From Pseudomonadota bacterium (GTDB lineage: Bacteria > Desulfobacterota > Binatia > Binatales > Binataceae), in NCBI GenBank assembly GCA_021324755.1, contig JAJPIL010000023.1, positions 28,138 through 92,137 on the forward strand: 64,000 nucleotides of DNA, written 5' to 3'. Under the pieces are notes generated by a model. It did no database searches. It had not been told where the DNA came from and saw nothing but the letters and a program-made list of their open reading frames with translations. The position numbers and the translations under genes were made by a program. Shown piece by piece: positions 17,161 through 27,660 of the stretch (its first letter is position 1; each line of letters starts with the position of its first letter).

Positions 17161-18249
17161 GTGATGGGATTGCCTGCCGAAATGCCTCCACGCTTGCCTG
17201 GGCGCTACCGGATGCCTGCCGAATGGGAGCCGCATCTGGGAACGTACCTTGTTTGGCCGCACAATGAAGCGACATGGCCGGGCTGTATCGAGCAGGCTCG
17301 TCATGCGATAGCGCTTGTCGCCGCCGCATTAAGCCGCTCGGAAGCGGTCAGAATCCTCGTGCCAAGCGCCGAGATGCGGCGGCACGCAGCCGATATGCTT
17401 GCCAAGGCGGGGGCGAATGTTCGCCAGGTCGACTTGATTACGATAGCGACTGACGACTCCTGGATTCGCGACTTCGGCCCCATTTTCGTCAACCGGGCCG
17501 AGCCCACAGAGACTATTCCGGCGCAAATCGCGCTTAATTGGCGGTTCAACGCATGGGGCGGCAAGTACGAGCCCTACGCGCTTGACGACGCTGTGCCACG
17601 CCGCTTGGCGGCTCATTACGGTTTTGAGGTGCTGGACGTCGATCTGGTGTTGGAGGGCGGCGCGATCGAGGTCAACGGCCGAGGAGCAGTGCTTGCCAGC
17701 GAAACGTGCTTGCTCGATACTAACCGCAATGGACCGCGGGCGCGCCGGGACGTGCTCGAGCGATATTTGCGCGAGTATCTCGGCGTGGACACCGTGGTGT
17801 GGCTAGCTGGTGCGATCGCAGGCGACGATACCGACGGCCACGTCGATCAGATAGCGCGCTTTGTCGCCGAGGATCACGTCGTTACGATGGTGGAAGATGA
17901 TCCTGCGGACGAGAACTACGATACCCTTCGCGGAAATTTGGACCGGCTCAAGGCGGCTCGCCTGTCGGATGGCCGACCGTTGAAGATCGACTTGTTGCCG
18001 ATGCCCGAGCCTGTGTTTTATCGGAACGCGCGCCTGCCTGCCTCATACGCGAACTTCTACATCGGAAATTCTTGCGTGCTAGTTCCCTTGTTCGACTGTG
18101 CCCAGGACCAGCTAGCCGTAGAGCTTCTTTCGCGGCTTTTCTCCGGGCGCGAGGTGATTGGTATACCAGCAACCCATCTGGTGGTTGGACTTGGAGCTAT
18201 TCATTGCCTTACGATGCAACATCCAACACCCTCTCCAACCCGTTTGTGA
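17161..18249 (+). CDS. aguA: Agmatine deiminase (PPAD family)
   Basis: MPAEWEPH, WIRDFGP, FNAWGGKY, EGG, DDTDGHVD, ASYANF, GAIHCLT. Confidence 0.92.
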   Translation: MMGLPAEMPPRLPGRYRMPAEWEPHLGTYLVWPHNEATWPGCIEQARHAIALVAAALSRSEAVRILVPSAEMRRHAADMLAKAGANVRQVDLITIATDDSWIRDFGPIFVNRAEPTETIPAQIALNWRFNAWGGKYEPYALDDAVPRRLAAHYGFEVLDVDLVLEGGAIEVNGRGAVLASETCLLDTNRNGPRARRDVLERYLREYLGVDTVVWLAGAIAGDDTDGHVDQIARFVAEDHVVTMVEDDPADENYDTLRGNLDRLKAARLSDGRPLKIDLLPMPEPVFYRNARLPASYANFYIGNSCVLVPLFDCAQDQLAVELLSRLFSGREVIGIPATHLVVGLGAIHCLTMQHPTPSPTRL

Positions 18250-18494
18250 CCGACTCTTGTTGCACCGACGGCGAAAGAGCTTGGTTTTTTTTCTGTCGCG
18301 CAGCGCGAATTGCGATCGCTTTAGCTGGGCAAGCGAATATGGAAGTCGCAAACTAGCGGCGTCTTTGCGCCTTGGCTTTGATACTTGGCTCCGCTCGCGT
18401 TAAGTAGCTTTCACGGGAACCTAAGACACCTCAAAGGAATTCTCGAGGTACCTTTTTACGAACGCTGAGGTATCTGGGTATTTTGGCGAGATTC

Positions 18495-18586
18495 TGGCGG
18501 AGAGGGGGGGATTTGAACCCCCGAAACTCTTTCGAGTTTACACGCTCTCCAGGCGTGCGCCTTAAACCGGGCTCGGCCACCTCTCC
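18495..18586 (-). tRNA. tRNA-Ser (GGA)
   Basis: GGAGAGG acceptor stem, CACGC-CTGGAGA-GCGTG anticodon arm, long variable arm, GGTTCAAATCC T-loop, encoded CCA. Confidence 0.96.
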
Positions 18587-18838
18587 ACGTTGCACCTAAG
18601 CTTTTAAGACCCTAGAGCGTTTAGCGCCTTAGGCGAAATTGCCTAAGCCTGTACGCTGAGGCTTCGGTCTCTTCTAGTTCAGTATGGCATTTCGAGCTGA
18701 AAAATCGACAAATCGCGAACACATTTATTGAAGGGGTCCGGTCTCGATCGCGCTGCCGCGCAGTCTGCGACTAATCGAGCGCTACTGACGGGTCATTTGT
18801 TATCGAACTAAAGAAATAAAGTTTAAAGCCGCCTAGAG

Positions 18839-19822
18839 CTAGTCGATCACATGGTCCGCAAAGCTTATGGTCTCGGCTACCCACAGCGCAGAAAGCGCCG
18901 CAACACGCAGGTTGTCGAAAGCACCCCAGAGCAGATAGCCGGGTCGTTCCTGCATCACGCTTAGAACTATCGCTTCGTAATTAATCACGTCGAGCAAGGT
19001 TGGTGCTTTGTTTTCCTCGAAAAGTATTCCAGGCGCGCTTCGTAATCTTTCTTGCCAAAGGCCTGGATGCTCTGTGGGCGGAAGGCATACGGATAGGGCC
19101 GTGCCATGAAGCGCTGGTACCTTGACGACCTGAACGACCAATCCGGGTTGATAACCGAGCAGGCAAGCTACTTGCTCAGGAATTAGCCGAGCAAGCTCGA
19201 GTTCCTCGTCTCCGACTAGAACGTTGAAAGCGACCTGGGTCGTTCCCTCGGGTAGCTCGAGCTCGCCGTTGAGTGCTGCAGCCGCTTGTCGGATAGCTTC
19301 TTCAGCATGACGTTTTCCCCGCGTACTGGCGCCGAGCATCACTACGGCGCTTACAAGCCCCAGATCGTCGTCCTTCAAAGCGCGCAAAATGGTTGCTAGA
19401 GCCAGAGCAGCTGGATGAGGAGTGCTGATGACTTTGCTGGTGCGGGCAAGTTCGATCACTGCGGAGCGAGGGGTAAAACCTGGCGCTACGAGCGTCGAAG
19501 AAGCTTTTTGCACCTGCGCGCCACTCAGGTCGATCAGGCAGGGGCTCAGTCGCGCCTCGATAATCGATTGTGCCACAGCAGGCGGAACAGCCAAAAAGGC
19601 GAGATCGAACTCCGCAAGCTGCTCGATTTTGGTTAGAGGTTCGATATCGCGGTCCTCACCCGCTGCCTCTACCGAGATTTGCTCAGTTTCGGGCGAGCCG
19701 TAAAGCGTAAGCTTGCTGAAGCGTAGACCGCGCTCGTAGATTAGCTCGACTATCTGATGTCCGACCGCGCCGGTGGCGCCGACCACCGCTATCCGTTGGC
19801 CGCCCTGGCCGCTTTCAGCCAT
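18839..19822 (-). CDS. Asd/Usg-like semialdehyde dehydrogenase-fold protein lacking the catalytic Cys
   Basis: IAVVGATGAVG, IDLSG, QVAFNV, DNLR; the NPNC segment reads TPHP. Confidence 0.8.
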   Translation of the reverse strand: MAESGQGGQRIAVVGATGAVGHQIVELIYERGLRFSKLTLYGSPETEQISVEAAGEDRDIEPLTKIEQLAEFDLAFLAVPPAVAQSIIEARLSPCLIDLSGAQVQKASSTLVAPGFTPRSAVIELARTSKVISTPHPAALALATILRALKDDDLGLVSAVVMLGASTRGKRHAEEAIRQAAAALNGELELPEGTTQVAFNVLVGDEELELARLIPEQVACLLGYQPGLVVQVVKVPALHGTALSVCLPPTEHPGLWQERLRSAPGILFEENKAPTLLDVINYEAIVLSVMQERPGYLLWGAFDNLRVAALSALWVAETISFADHVID

Positions 19823-20931
19823 CAGCTTTCCGGCTCCATTCGCTCCAGATGCTCTCTCACCAGTCGGCCCATCGCCTTGCAGCCGACGATTTTAGCCCCT
19901 GGGCTGGCGAGATCTGGGGTGCGATAGCCCTCTCTGAGTACGGCTGCGACCGCATTTTCTATCCATTCCGCTTCGGCTCGCATCCCGAATGAGTATTCGA
20001 GCATCATCGCCGCTGAAAGAATCGCCGCTAAAGGATTGGCGCGGTCGCGACCGGCGATATCAGGCGCGGTGCCGTGGATCGGCTCGTACAGTCCTATTCG
20101 GTAGCCGGCGCTGTTAAGCTCCTCGCCGAGCGAGGCCGAGGGCAACAATCCCATCGAACCGGCCAGCAGCGACGCCTCGTCGGTCAGAATGTCGCCGAAC
20201 ATGTTTTCTGTGACAATCACGTCGAAATCTTTAGGGCGCTGTAACAAGTGCATCGCCATCGCGTCGACCAGCACTGTTTCAAAGGCGACGTCTTTGTTTT
20301 GTTGACTGATTTCGGTCGCCACCTCGCGCCACAAGCGTGAGGTAGACAAAATATTCGCCTTGTCGACCAGAGTCAGACGCTTGCGCCTTGCCCGCGCTAG
20401 CTCGAAGCCGAGGCGAACGGCGCGCGCTATCTCTTCTTCGGTATAGAAGCAGGTGTCGACGGCTTCTCGGCCTTTTTCTGTCGTCCGGCGCTCGCTTGGC
20501 TTGCCGTAATATAGTCCGCCCGTAAGCTCGCGGAGAACGAGCAAGTCTGTGCCGTTAATCACTTCCGGTTTCAACGGCGAGGCGCTTGCCAGCTCTTTCA
20601 TCGTTTTCACGGGCCGCAAATTGGCGTACAGGCCGAGCTCTTTGCGTAGCGTCAACAGGGCTTGCTCGGGTCGGTGAGCAGCTCGCGGGTCGTCCCATTT
20701 GGGGCCTCCCACGGCGCCAAACAATACTGCGTCCGACTCCGTAGCAAGTTTGAGCGTTTCCGGACGGAGCGGTACGCCATAAGCGTCGATCGCTGCGCCC
20801 CCGACGATCGCCTCTTCAAAGTTGAAATCCACGCCACAACGTCGGGCCACGACCTTTAGCACCTGCACCGCCTCGCTCACAACTTCCGGCCCGATTCCGT
20901 CGCCCTTCAGCACGAGAACTTTGTAGGTCAT
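19822..20931 (-). CDS. leuB: 3-isopropylmalate dehydrogenase
   Basis: GDGIGPEV, GAVGGPKW, RELTGGLY, NMFGDILTDEA, YEPIHGTAPDIAG. Confidence 0.97.
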   Translation of the reverse strand: MTYKVLVLKGDGIGPEVVSEAVQVLKVVARRCGVDFNFEEAIVGGAAIDAYGVPLRPETLKLATESDAVLFGAVGGPKWDDPRAAHRPEQALLTLRKELGLYANLRPVKTMKELASASPLKPEVINGTDLLVLRELTGGLYYGKPSERRTTEKGREAVDTCFYTEEEIARAVRLGFELARARRKRLTLVDKANILSTSRLWREVATEISQQNKDVAFETVLVDAMAMHLLQRPKDFDVIVTENMFGDILTDEASLLAGSMGLLPSASLGEELNSAGYRIGLYEPIHGTAPDIAGRDRANPLAAILSAAMMLEYSFGMRAEAEWIENAVAAVLREGYRTPDLASPGAKIVGCKAMGRLVREHLERMEPES

Positions 20932-21239
20932 TTTCTTGTGCCGCCCATCCGCATCTTCAAGAAAACCTGAATTTTATTAGCTAGCTAACCTGACCTCTCA
21001 CATGATTATTAGTTGAAGAAAAACGGGTGGCTGGCGAAAGCCTTCGCAGCCTGGCGATTCGCGTCAAGCGCTCATCGTGAAAGCGACACCCCTCCGAGCC
21101 ATCACTCCGCTGATTCGAAAGCTTTACCCCCACCCACAGCTTTGGCGTAGCACTTACAGGGCTTTATCGTCAACTGTAAGAGCACTCAAAGCGATTCAGA
21201 GTCGTCCTGTTTGTGCACCAAAAGTTATAATTAGCCAAT

Positions 21240-22814
21240 CTATGGTCCGCCGACCGGACGCTGACCCAACGCTCGCTTGCGCAGTTCGAGGCGATTCAAC
21301 GCGTTGACGAATGCGAGCGCGCTCGCCATCACGATGTCGCTATGCGCTCCCTGTCCGGCCACAGTGATACCGTCTTGCGCGACAAGGCAATTCACTTCGC
21401 CCAGAGCATCTGTCCCTCGCGTAATTGACTTCACCGAGTAACGGTTGAGAGTTACGTTGACGCCTGCGGCTTTGCAAATCGCCTTGTAACAGGCGTCCAC
21501 CATCCCGTCCCCTTGCGCGCTCGCCACGCGCTCCTCGTTGTCGACTTTGAGCGTTACCGTGGCTTGCGGGGTGGACTTAGTGGACGAAGACACCTCAAGT
21601 TCACCGAGCACGAATCGTTCGCCTAAATGTCGCGTATCTTCGGTCACCAGTGCCAGCAGGTCATCGTCGTAGACGACCTTCTTTTTGTCGCACAGAGCTT
21701 TAAATTCGGCGAACACTTTGTTGATATCCAAGCGCGAACAGTCGACCCCGAGCTGCTTTAGTCTTTCTACGAATGCGTGGCGACCGGAATGTTTGCCCAG
21801 TACGAGCTTGTTCGAAGGAATTCCGATATCTTCGGGCTTCATTATCTCGTACGTAAGCTTGTACTTGAGCACGCCGTCCTGATGGATGCCCGCCTCGTGG
21901 GCGAAGGCGTTGTCGCCGACGATAGGCTTATTGGGAGGCACGGGCTGTCCGATTACCTGCGAGAGCAGACGCGAGGCGGCGTAAATCTGGCGCGTGTTGA
22001 TGCGGGTCTCGATTCCAAAGAAGTCCTTGCGCGTCTTGAGCGCCATCACGACTTCTTCCATCGAGGTGTTTCCCGCACGCTCCCCAATCCCGTTAATCGT
22101 GCATTCGACCTGGCGCGCCCCATTGTGGACCGCCGCAAGCGAGTTCGCTACGGCCAATCCCAAGTCGTTGTGACAGTGAGCGCTCCAGATTACCTTGTCT
22201 GCCCCGGCGACGTTTTGACGAAGGAAGGCAAAAAGCCGCCCGTACTCGTCGGGTACGGCGTGACCGGTAGTGTCCGGAATGTTGATCACCTTGGCCCCGC
22301 ATCGGATCGCCTCTTCGCACACGGTTTTCAGATAATTCCAGTCGCTGCGCGAGGCATCTTCACAGGAAAACTCGATATAGTCGAGGTGCTTTTTGGCGAA
22401 CGAAACTGCACGGGTCACCGCGGCCAACACCTCTTCGCGATTCATTTGGAGCTTATATTTAAGGTGAATGTCCGAGGTGGCGATAAAGATATGGATTCCG
22501 GGCCGCGAAGCCTTTTCGACCGCCTTTAGGGCCCGCTCGATGTCGAGCTGATGGGTGCGCGCAAGGCTCAACACGACCGGATTGGTTACCGCTTCGGCCA
22601 CCCGTCGCACGCCCTCGAAATCGCCCTCTGAGGAAACCGCAAAGCCAGCCTCAATCACGTCCACGTTGAGAAGCTCGAGCTGGCGAGCGATGGCGACCTT
22701 CTCCTCCACGTTCATCGTAGCGCCCGGGGATTGTTCGCCATCGCGCAACGTCGTGTCGAAGATACGTACGTAGTCTTCTTGAGCCTTCTCGATTTTGCTG
22801 CCTACGACCGTCAT
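21240..22814 (-). CDS. leuA: 2-isopropylmalate synthase
   Basis: FDTTLRDGEQSPG, HCHNDLG, GERAGN, HEAGIHQDG, C-terminal regulatory domain; ATG 22814 after GGAGGG. Confidence 0.97.
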   Translation of the reverse strand: MTVVGSKIEKAQEDYVRIFDTTLRDGEQSPGATMNVEEKVAIARQLELLNVDVIEAGFAVSSEGDFEGVRRVAEAVTNPVVLSLARTHQLDIERALKAVEKASRPGIHIFIATSDIHLKYKLQMNREEVLAAVTRAVSFAKKHLDYIEFSCEDASRSDWNYLKTVCEEAIRCGAKVINIPDTTGHAVPDEYGRLFAFLRQNVAGADKVIWSAHCHNDLGLAVANSLAAVHNGARQVECTINGIGERAGNTSMEEVVMALKTRKDFFGIETRINTRQIYAASRLLSQVIGQPVPPNKPIVGDNAFAHEAGIHQDGVLKYKLTYEIMKPEDIGIPSNKLVLGKHSGRHAFVERLKQLGVDCSRLDINKVFAEFKALCDKKKVVYDDDLLALVTEDTRHLGERFVLGELEVSSSTKSTPQATVTLKVDNEERVASAQGDGMVDACYKAICKAAGVNVTLNRYSVKSITRGTDALGEVNCLVAQDGITVAGQGAHSDIVMASALAFVNALNRLELRKRALGQRPVGGP

Positions 22815-22873
22815 TTTTAAACCCTCCACCGTTACTGCCGCTCTATTGTGCCCTTGCTTTTTGGCTGCTTGTT

Positions 22874-22920
22874 AAAAAGCAATCGCCCCGAACAGCTGCT
22901 TCCCGCTGTCCGGGGCGATC
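22874..22920 (-). terminator. Intrinsic terminator (attenuator 3:4 helix) upstream of leuA
   Basis: Minus strand GATCGCCCCGGACAGC-GGGAAGCA-GCTGTTCGGGGCGATT followed by GCTTTTT. Confidence 0.88.
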
Positions 22921-22953
22921 ACTTTCAGTCGTTTGTTAACTTTAACCTAAATC

Positions 22954-23034
22954 CTAGGCATAAACGGCTGAAAGCCCCGGCGCGGGCCCACCTAGCAATA
23001 GGCTCGATAGCAACAAAGCCGAGTTAATCAACAT
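22954..23034 (-). CDS. leuL: Leucine attenuator leader peptide MLINSALLLSSLLLGGPAPGLSAVYA (26 aa)
   Basis: 8 Leu codons including the runs TTG TTG CTA and CTA TTG CTA; overlaps the antiterminator arm; just upstream of the terminator and leuA. Confidence 0.85.
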   Translation of the reverse strand: MLINSALLLSSLLLGGPAPGLSAVYA

Positions 23035-23126
23035 CGCCGGGGTCTTTCACTTCGTAGTTGAGGTTATTAAGTCAGTCAAACAGACGTATGTCAAGGGGTG
23101 CTTTGTGGAAACTCAAGCGCAGCTTT

Positions 23127-24014
23127 TCAATGAAGCCAATGACCTGTCGATGGATCGTTTACAACATCCTTAGGCGAAGCCGACCGAGAGGCGGCCAAAT
23201 CGCGGTTGGCAGTCGCTGATGAAAGGCGGTTTCGGCCTAGCTTCGAAGCCAAGGCAAGGACCGGTCCCGACAGCACGTAGGCTATCGAGGCCAGCAAAGC
23301 GCTTAACTGGGGCAAGACAACCGAAACGCCGATTCCGATCATCACCGCTCCTACCATTTCTAACGATGCGCGGCGGTTGACGTTGAGACTTTTGAAGCTA
23401 GGATACGGAAGCGAAGACACCATTAGGCCCGCCAAGACGAGCGCCATCGGTACCGCGAGCACGGACAACATCTTGCCCAGATCGAGTTCGAGGTAACTGT
23501 AGGCAAGCACGCTCGAGGCTACCAAAGCAGCCGCCCCAGGAACCGGCAAACCGACGAACCGGCGTTTGTCAGCGCTTGCTGCAAGCACATTAAATCGGGC
23601 AAGTCGCAGGGCTGCGCAAATCACGAAAGCTGCGGCAACTATCCATCCCCATGCACGCAATGGCTTGAGCGCCCAGACGTAGAGCAAGCAGGCCGGAGCA
23701 GCGCCGAAGGCAACAACGTCGGAAAGACTGTCATATTCGACGCCGAACTGGCTTGTCGAATTGGAAACGCGGGCCAAGCGCCCGTCAAGTCCGTCGCAGA
23801 AAAAGGCCACCACGATAAGGGTTGCTGCCAATTCCAGATGCCCGTTAAAGCTCGACACGATCGAGTAAAAACCCAGCGCAAGACTGACCGACGTGATAAC
23901 TGACGGAAGCAAATAGACTCCACGTCTTATCGGCGTCGTAACCCGCGCGCGGGGTTTTCGAAGTCTTGCCGATATTTTCTTTAACTGTTGTCCTTCTAAC
24001 GCGCCGGTTTTCAT
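23127..24014 (-). CDS. pssA: CDP-diacylglycerol--serine O-phosphatidyltransferase
   Basis: DGLDGRLAR...FGVEYDSLSDVVAFG CDP-alcohol motif, ALRLARFN, FVGLP. Confidence 0.93.
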   Translation of the reverse strand: MKTGALEGQQLKKISARLRKPRARVTTPIRRGVYLLPSVITSVSLALGFYSIVSSFNGHLELAATLIVVAFFCDGLDGRLARVSNSTSQFGVEYDSLSDVVAFGAAPACLLYVWALKPLRAWGWIVAAAFVICAALRLARFNVLAASADKRRFVGLPVPGAAALVASSVLAYSYLELDLGKMLSVLAVPMALVLAGLMVSSLPYPSFKSLNVNRRASLEMVGAVMIGIGVSVVLPQLSALLASIAYVLSGPVLALASKLGRNRLSSATANRDLAASRSASPKDVVNDPSTGHWLH

Positions 24015-24658
24015 TTCCTCAACTCTCCGATCACAGTTTCGCCCGCGCGTACCCTGTCGCCCACGCGCACGGTGATAGCATAATCACGAGGCACATAATG
24101 GTCTACGCGACTTCCGAACATAATGAGACCGATACGCTCGCCTTTGTTGACCCATTGACGAGGCTTGACGCGGCACACGATCCGGCGCGCGAAATACCCT
24201 GCGATCTGCATCACTGCAAAAAGTCGTCCGTTCTTGTCGCGCATGACTACCAGATTGCGTTCGTTGTGTTCGCTGGCCTGGTCTCGAAAGGCAGCACGAA
24301 ACTGCCCAGGACTATGCTCGAGCGCGATTACCTCGGCCTCAACCGGCGACCGATTCACGTGGACATCGAACAGCGACATGAAGACTCCCACGCACACAAA
24401 AGGTTCTTCATACGGCGTCAGACGCTTTTCGCTGATATCGATAACGCGGCCATCTGCCGCCGAGACAATTGAACCTGGACCTGCGGGCGGTATCCGGCGG
24501 GGATCACGGAAAAAGAGAGCCGTGCTAAGAGCTGCCGCTGCGAAAATCAAAAACATTAGGTACCATCCCCATAGCGCGCTGAAAAGCGCAAGCAGCCCCA
24601 CGGCACAAATCGCAGGCGCACCTTCGCGAGCGATTCCCATCGTTTCTAACAAAGCCAA
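24011..24658 (-). CDS. psd: Phosphatidylserine decarboxylase (short type)
   Basis: FFRDP, SAADG, FMSLFDVHVNRSP, NER, QIAG, GLIMFGSRVD self-cleavage site. Confidence 0.93.
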   Translation of the reverse strand: MALLETMGIAREGAPAICAVGLLALFSALWGWYLMFLIFAAAALSTALFFRDPRRIPPAGPGSIVSAADGRVIDISEKRLTPYEEPFVCVGVFMSLFDVHVNRSPVEAEVIALEHSPGQFRAAFRDQASEHNERNLVVMRDKNGRLFAVMQIAGYFARRIVCRVKPRQWVNKGERIGLIMFGSRVDHYVPRDYAITVRVGDRVRAGETVIGELRK

Positions 24659-24712
24659 GCTATGACGGGTAGTGGCAAAAGATGGGCGGGTAAACCGAGC
24701 CCTCGTTTCCGC

Positions 24713-25729
<1,017 letters not shown>

Positions 25730-26254
25730 TCAACTGTCCTCCCGTGCTTGCCTCTTAGCACCGTTGTTAAGCTGTACCGAGCGCGCCATCGCTACGCTTC
25801 CGGTACGCACTACTTCTTTTATTCCAAACGGCCGCACCAGAGCTATGAAAGCCTGAATTTTGTTGGTGTCACCAGTAACCTCGACCGTGACCGCGCGTGG
25901 CCCAATGTCGACCACGTGTCCGCGGAAAGCGGAAATTATCGAGTCGAGCTCGGCCCGATTGCGGTCGTCAACCGACACCTTGACCAGCATCATCTCCCGC
26001 TCTACGGTATCGACCGCCTGGTAGTCGACAACCTTGATCACGGGGATGAGCTTGTTGAGCTGTTTGTTGATCTGTTCGAGAATCTCGTCCGGCCCCGACG
26101 TCACTAGAACGATCTTCGACACTGTGGGGTCCAAAGGCTCTTCGTTTACCGTCAGCGACTGGATATTGAAGCCGCGACCCGCAAATAAGCCAACCACCCT
26201 GGCAAGCACGCCGAACTGGTTTTCCACTAACACCGAAATCGTATGGCGTGGCAT
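25730..26254 (-). CDS. ilvN: Acetolactate synthase small (regulatory) subunit
   Basis: HTISVLVENQFGVLARVVGLF..RGFNI, EQINKQLNKL, IKEVVRTG; ATG 26254. Confidence 0.95.
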   Translation of the reverse strand: MPRHTISVLVENQFGVLARVVGLFAGRGFNIQSLTVNEEPLDPTVSKIVLVTSGPDEILEQINKQLNKLIPVIKVVDYQAVDTVEREMMLVKVSVDDRNRAELDSIISAFRGHVVDIGPRAVTVEVTGDTNKIQAFIALVRPFGIKEVVRTGSVAMARSVQLNNGAKRQAREDS

Positions 26255-26922
26255 CAGTAAATGCTCCGTTCTAAGCCGTTCGGTATTACGGGGCACGATT
26301 GTGCACAAACGCGCATAACTTCCAATTTAACGTATCTAAATATGCGCACGGCGTCGCACCAAATCTCCAGAACTAACTTAAACTTACATCATATTTTGGA
26401 GTATCAGGCCGGGTCTTACAACGCTTGTTACCTGCGCTATTTCGCAAACATCCCGACAACAAGCCGCAATTTTGCTGGCAGATGGACTTAGACCCAACTT
26501 TGGAAAGGTCTAAGCATATTTTGGCATCTACACCGCAGGCAAACGCGAAACTGAAAACGGCGTCGCGGCGGGGGCTGTCGTGTTAATAAAGCTCAAAAAG
26601 TAAGGCGACCAGCGGCAGACCGAAGGTTGCCATCCACGAGCGCTGGCAGAGATAGACTTGACGAACACTTAAACTACGGTTCGGACCGCGCAAAAACCAG
26701 GGCAGGACCCAGTATCGCCGGTTTTGAGGGCTGTAACTTATCCGCTTTTGCGAAATGATCCCACGCAGGCGTATCTGTTCACCGATGCAAGCCGCCGAAG
26801 CGTTTTTATCAGCATGGGCCCGGAAAAAATGCAACATGCCACTGGCGAACATCTGCGCTTAATCACGAATCCGTCGGGCTATCTACCGGGCGCCCTCGAC
26901 GCTTTTGCGCGCTGCTAGAGAT

Positions 26923-27660
26923 TTATTCAGCGCCCGGGAAAACGACACCCGTGACCTGGGCACACACCTCTAGAAAGGCATCTTGCAGCTTTGCGTCATC
27001 GGCTTGACGATGGTAGGGGGCTTCGCGCAGGTGGTGAAAGTAGCGCCCGGTGGTCCGGACCTGAGGGTCCTCGCTGCTGGCCAACCAGACCTGCGTGGCT
27101 ACGCCGTCTTCCAGGCGATCTGGAGCATGTGGCCCTCCCATCTTGGTGGGTACCCACCCAGGGTTTACCGCATTGGCATACACCGCCGGCCACAGGCGCG
27201 CAACAGCCTTAGCCAACAGTACTAGGTAGAACTTCGATTCGCTGTATCCGATTCCCCCAGCAACTATAGCCTTGAGGTCAGGGCGGGCTTGGAGATGAAG
27301 ACCCGAGCTGAGGTAGATTAAGCGCTCAGGCCTGTCCATTAGGGCGGTCAGCATATACGGGGCAAGCGTGTTGACCCAAAGAATCTCCTGCGCTGATGCT
27401 CGGTACACCCCAGCGTTGTGGATCACCGCGTCGAATCGGCCCGAAGCGTTTGCTTGCTCTGCTAGCTGTCGGATCTCCTCAGGCTGGGCCAGGTCACCCA
27501 CCAGCACTGCCTCCGCTCCGGGCACCTGCGCCAAAGCTTGCTCAGCCCGCTGCCGGTTTCGCGCGTGCAGGACCACCCGATGCCCCAGGGCCACTAGCTG
27601 TTTCGCGCTCAGAAGGCCAAGGCCGTCGGCCGAGCCTGTGATGAAGATTCGGTAGCTCAT
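26923..27660 (-). CDS. Short-chain dehydrogenase/reductase
   Basis: ITGSADGLG, HNAG, YSESK (YxxxK), PGWVPTKMGG. Confidence 0.92.
   Translation of the reverse strand: MSYRIFITGSADGLGLLSAKQLVALGHRVVLHARNRQRAEQALAQVPGAEAVLVGDLAQPEEIRQLAEQANASGRFDAVIHNAGVYRASAQEILWVNTLAPYMLTALMDRPERLIYLSSGLHLQARPDLKAIVAGGIGYSESKFYLVLLAKAVARLWPAVYANAVNPGWVPTKMGGPHAPDRLEDGVATQVWLASSEDPQVRTTGRYFHHLREAPYHRQADDAKLQDAFLEVCAQVTGVVFPGAE

Noticed and set aside
18250..18494. Integrated element at tRNA-Ser
   Set aside because: No integrase and no duplicated tRNA 3' end seen; only an imperfect inverted repeat AGACACCTCA/TGAGGTATCT
26724..26918. 64-aa plus-strand ORF converging on the SDR
   Set aside because: No recognisable motif or SD; it may be a gene remnant but I cannot support that
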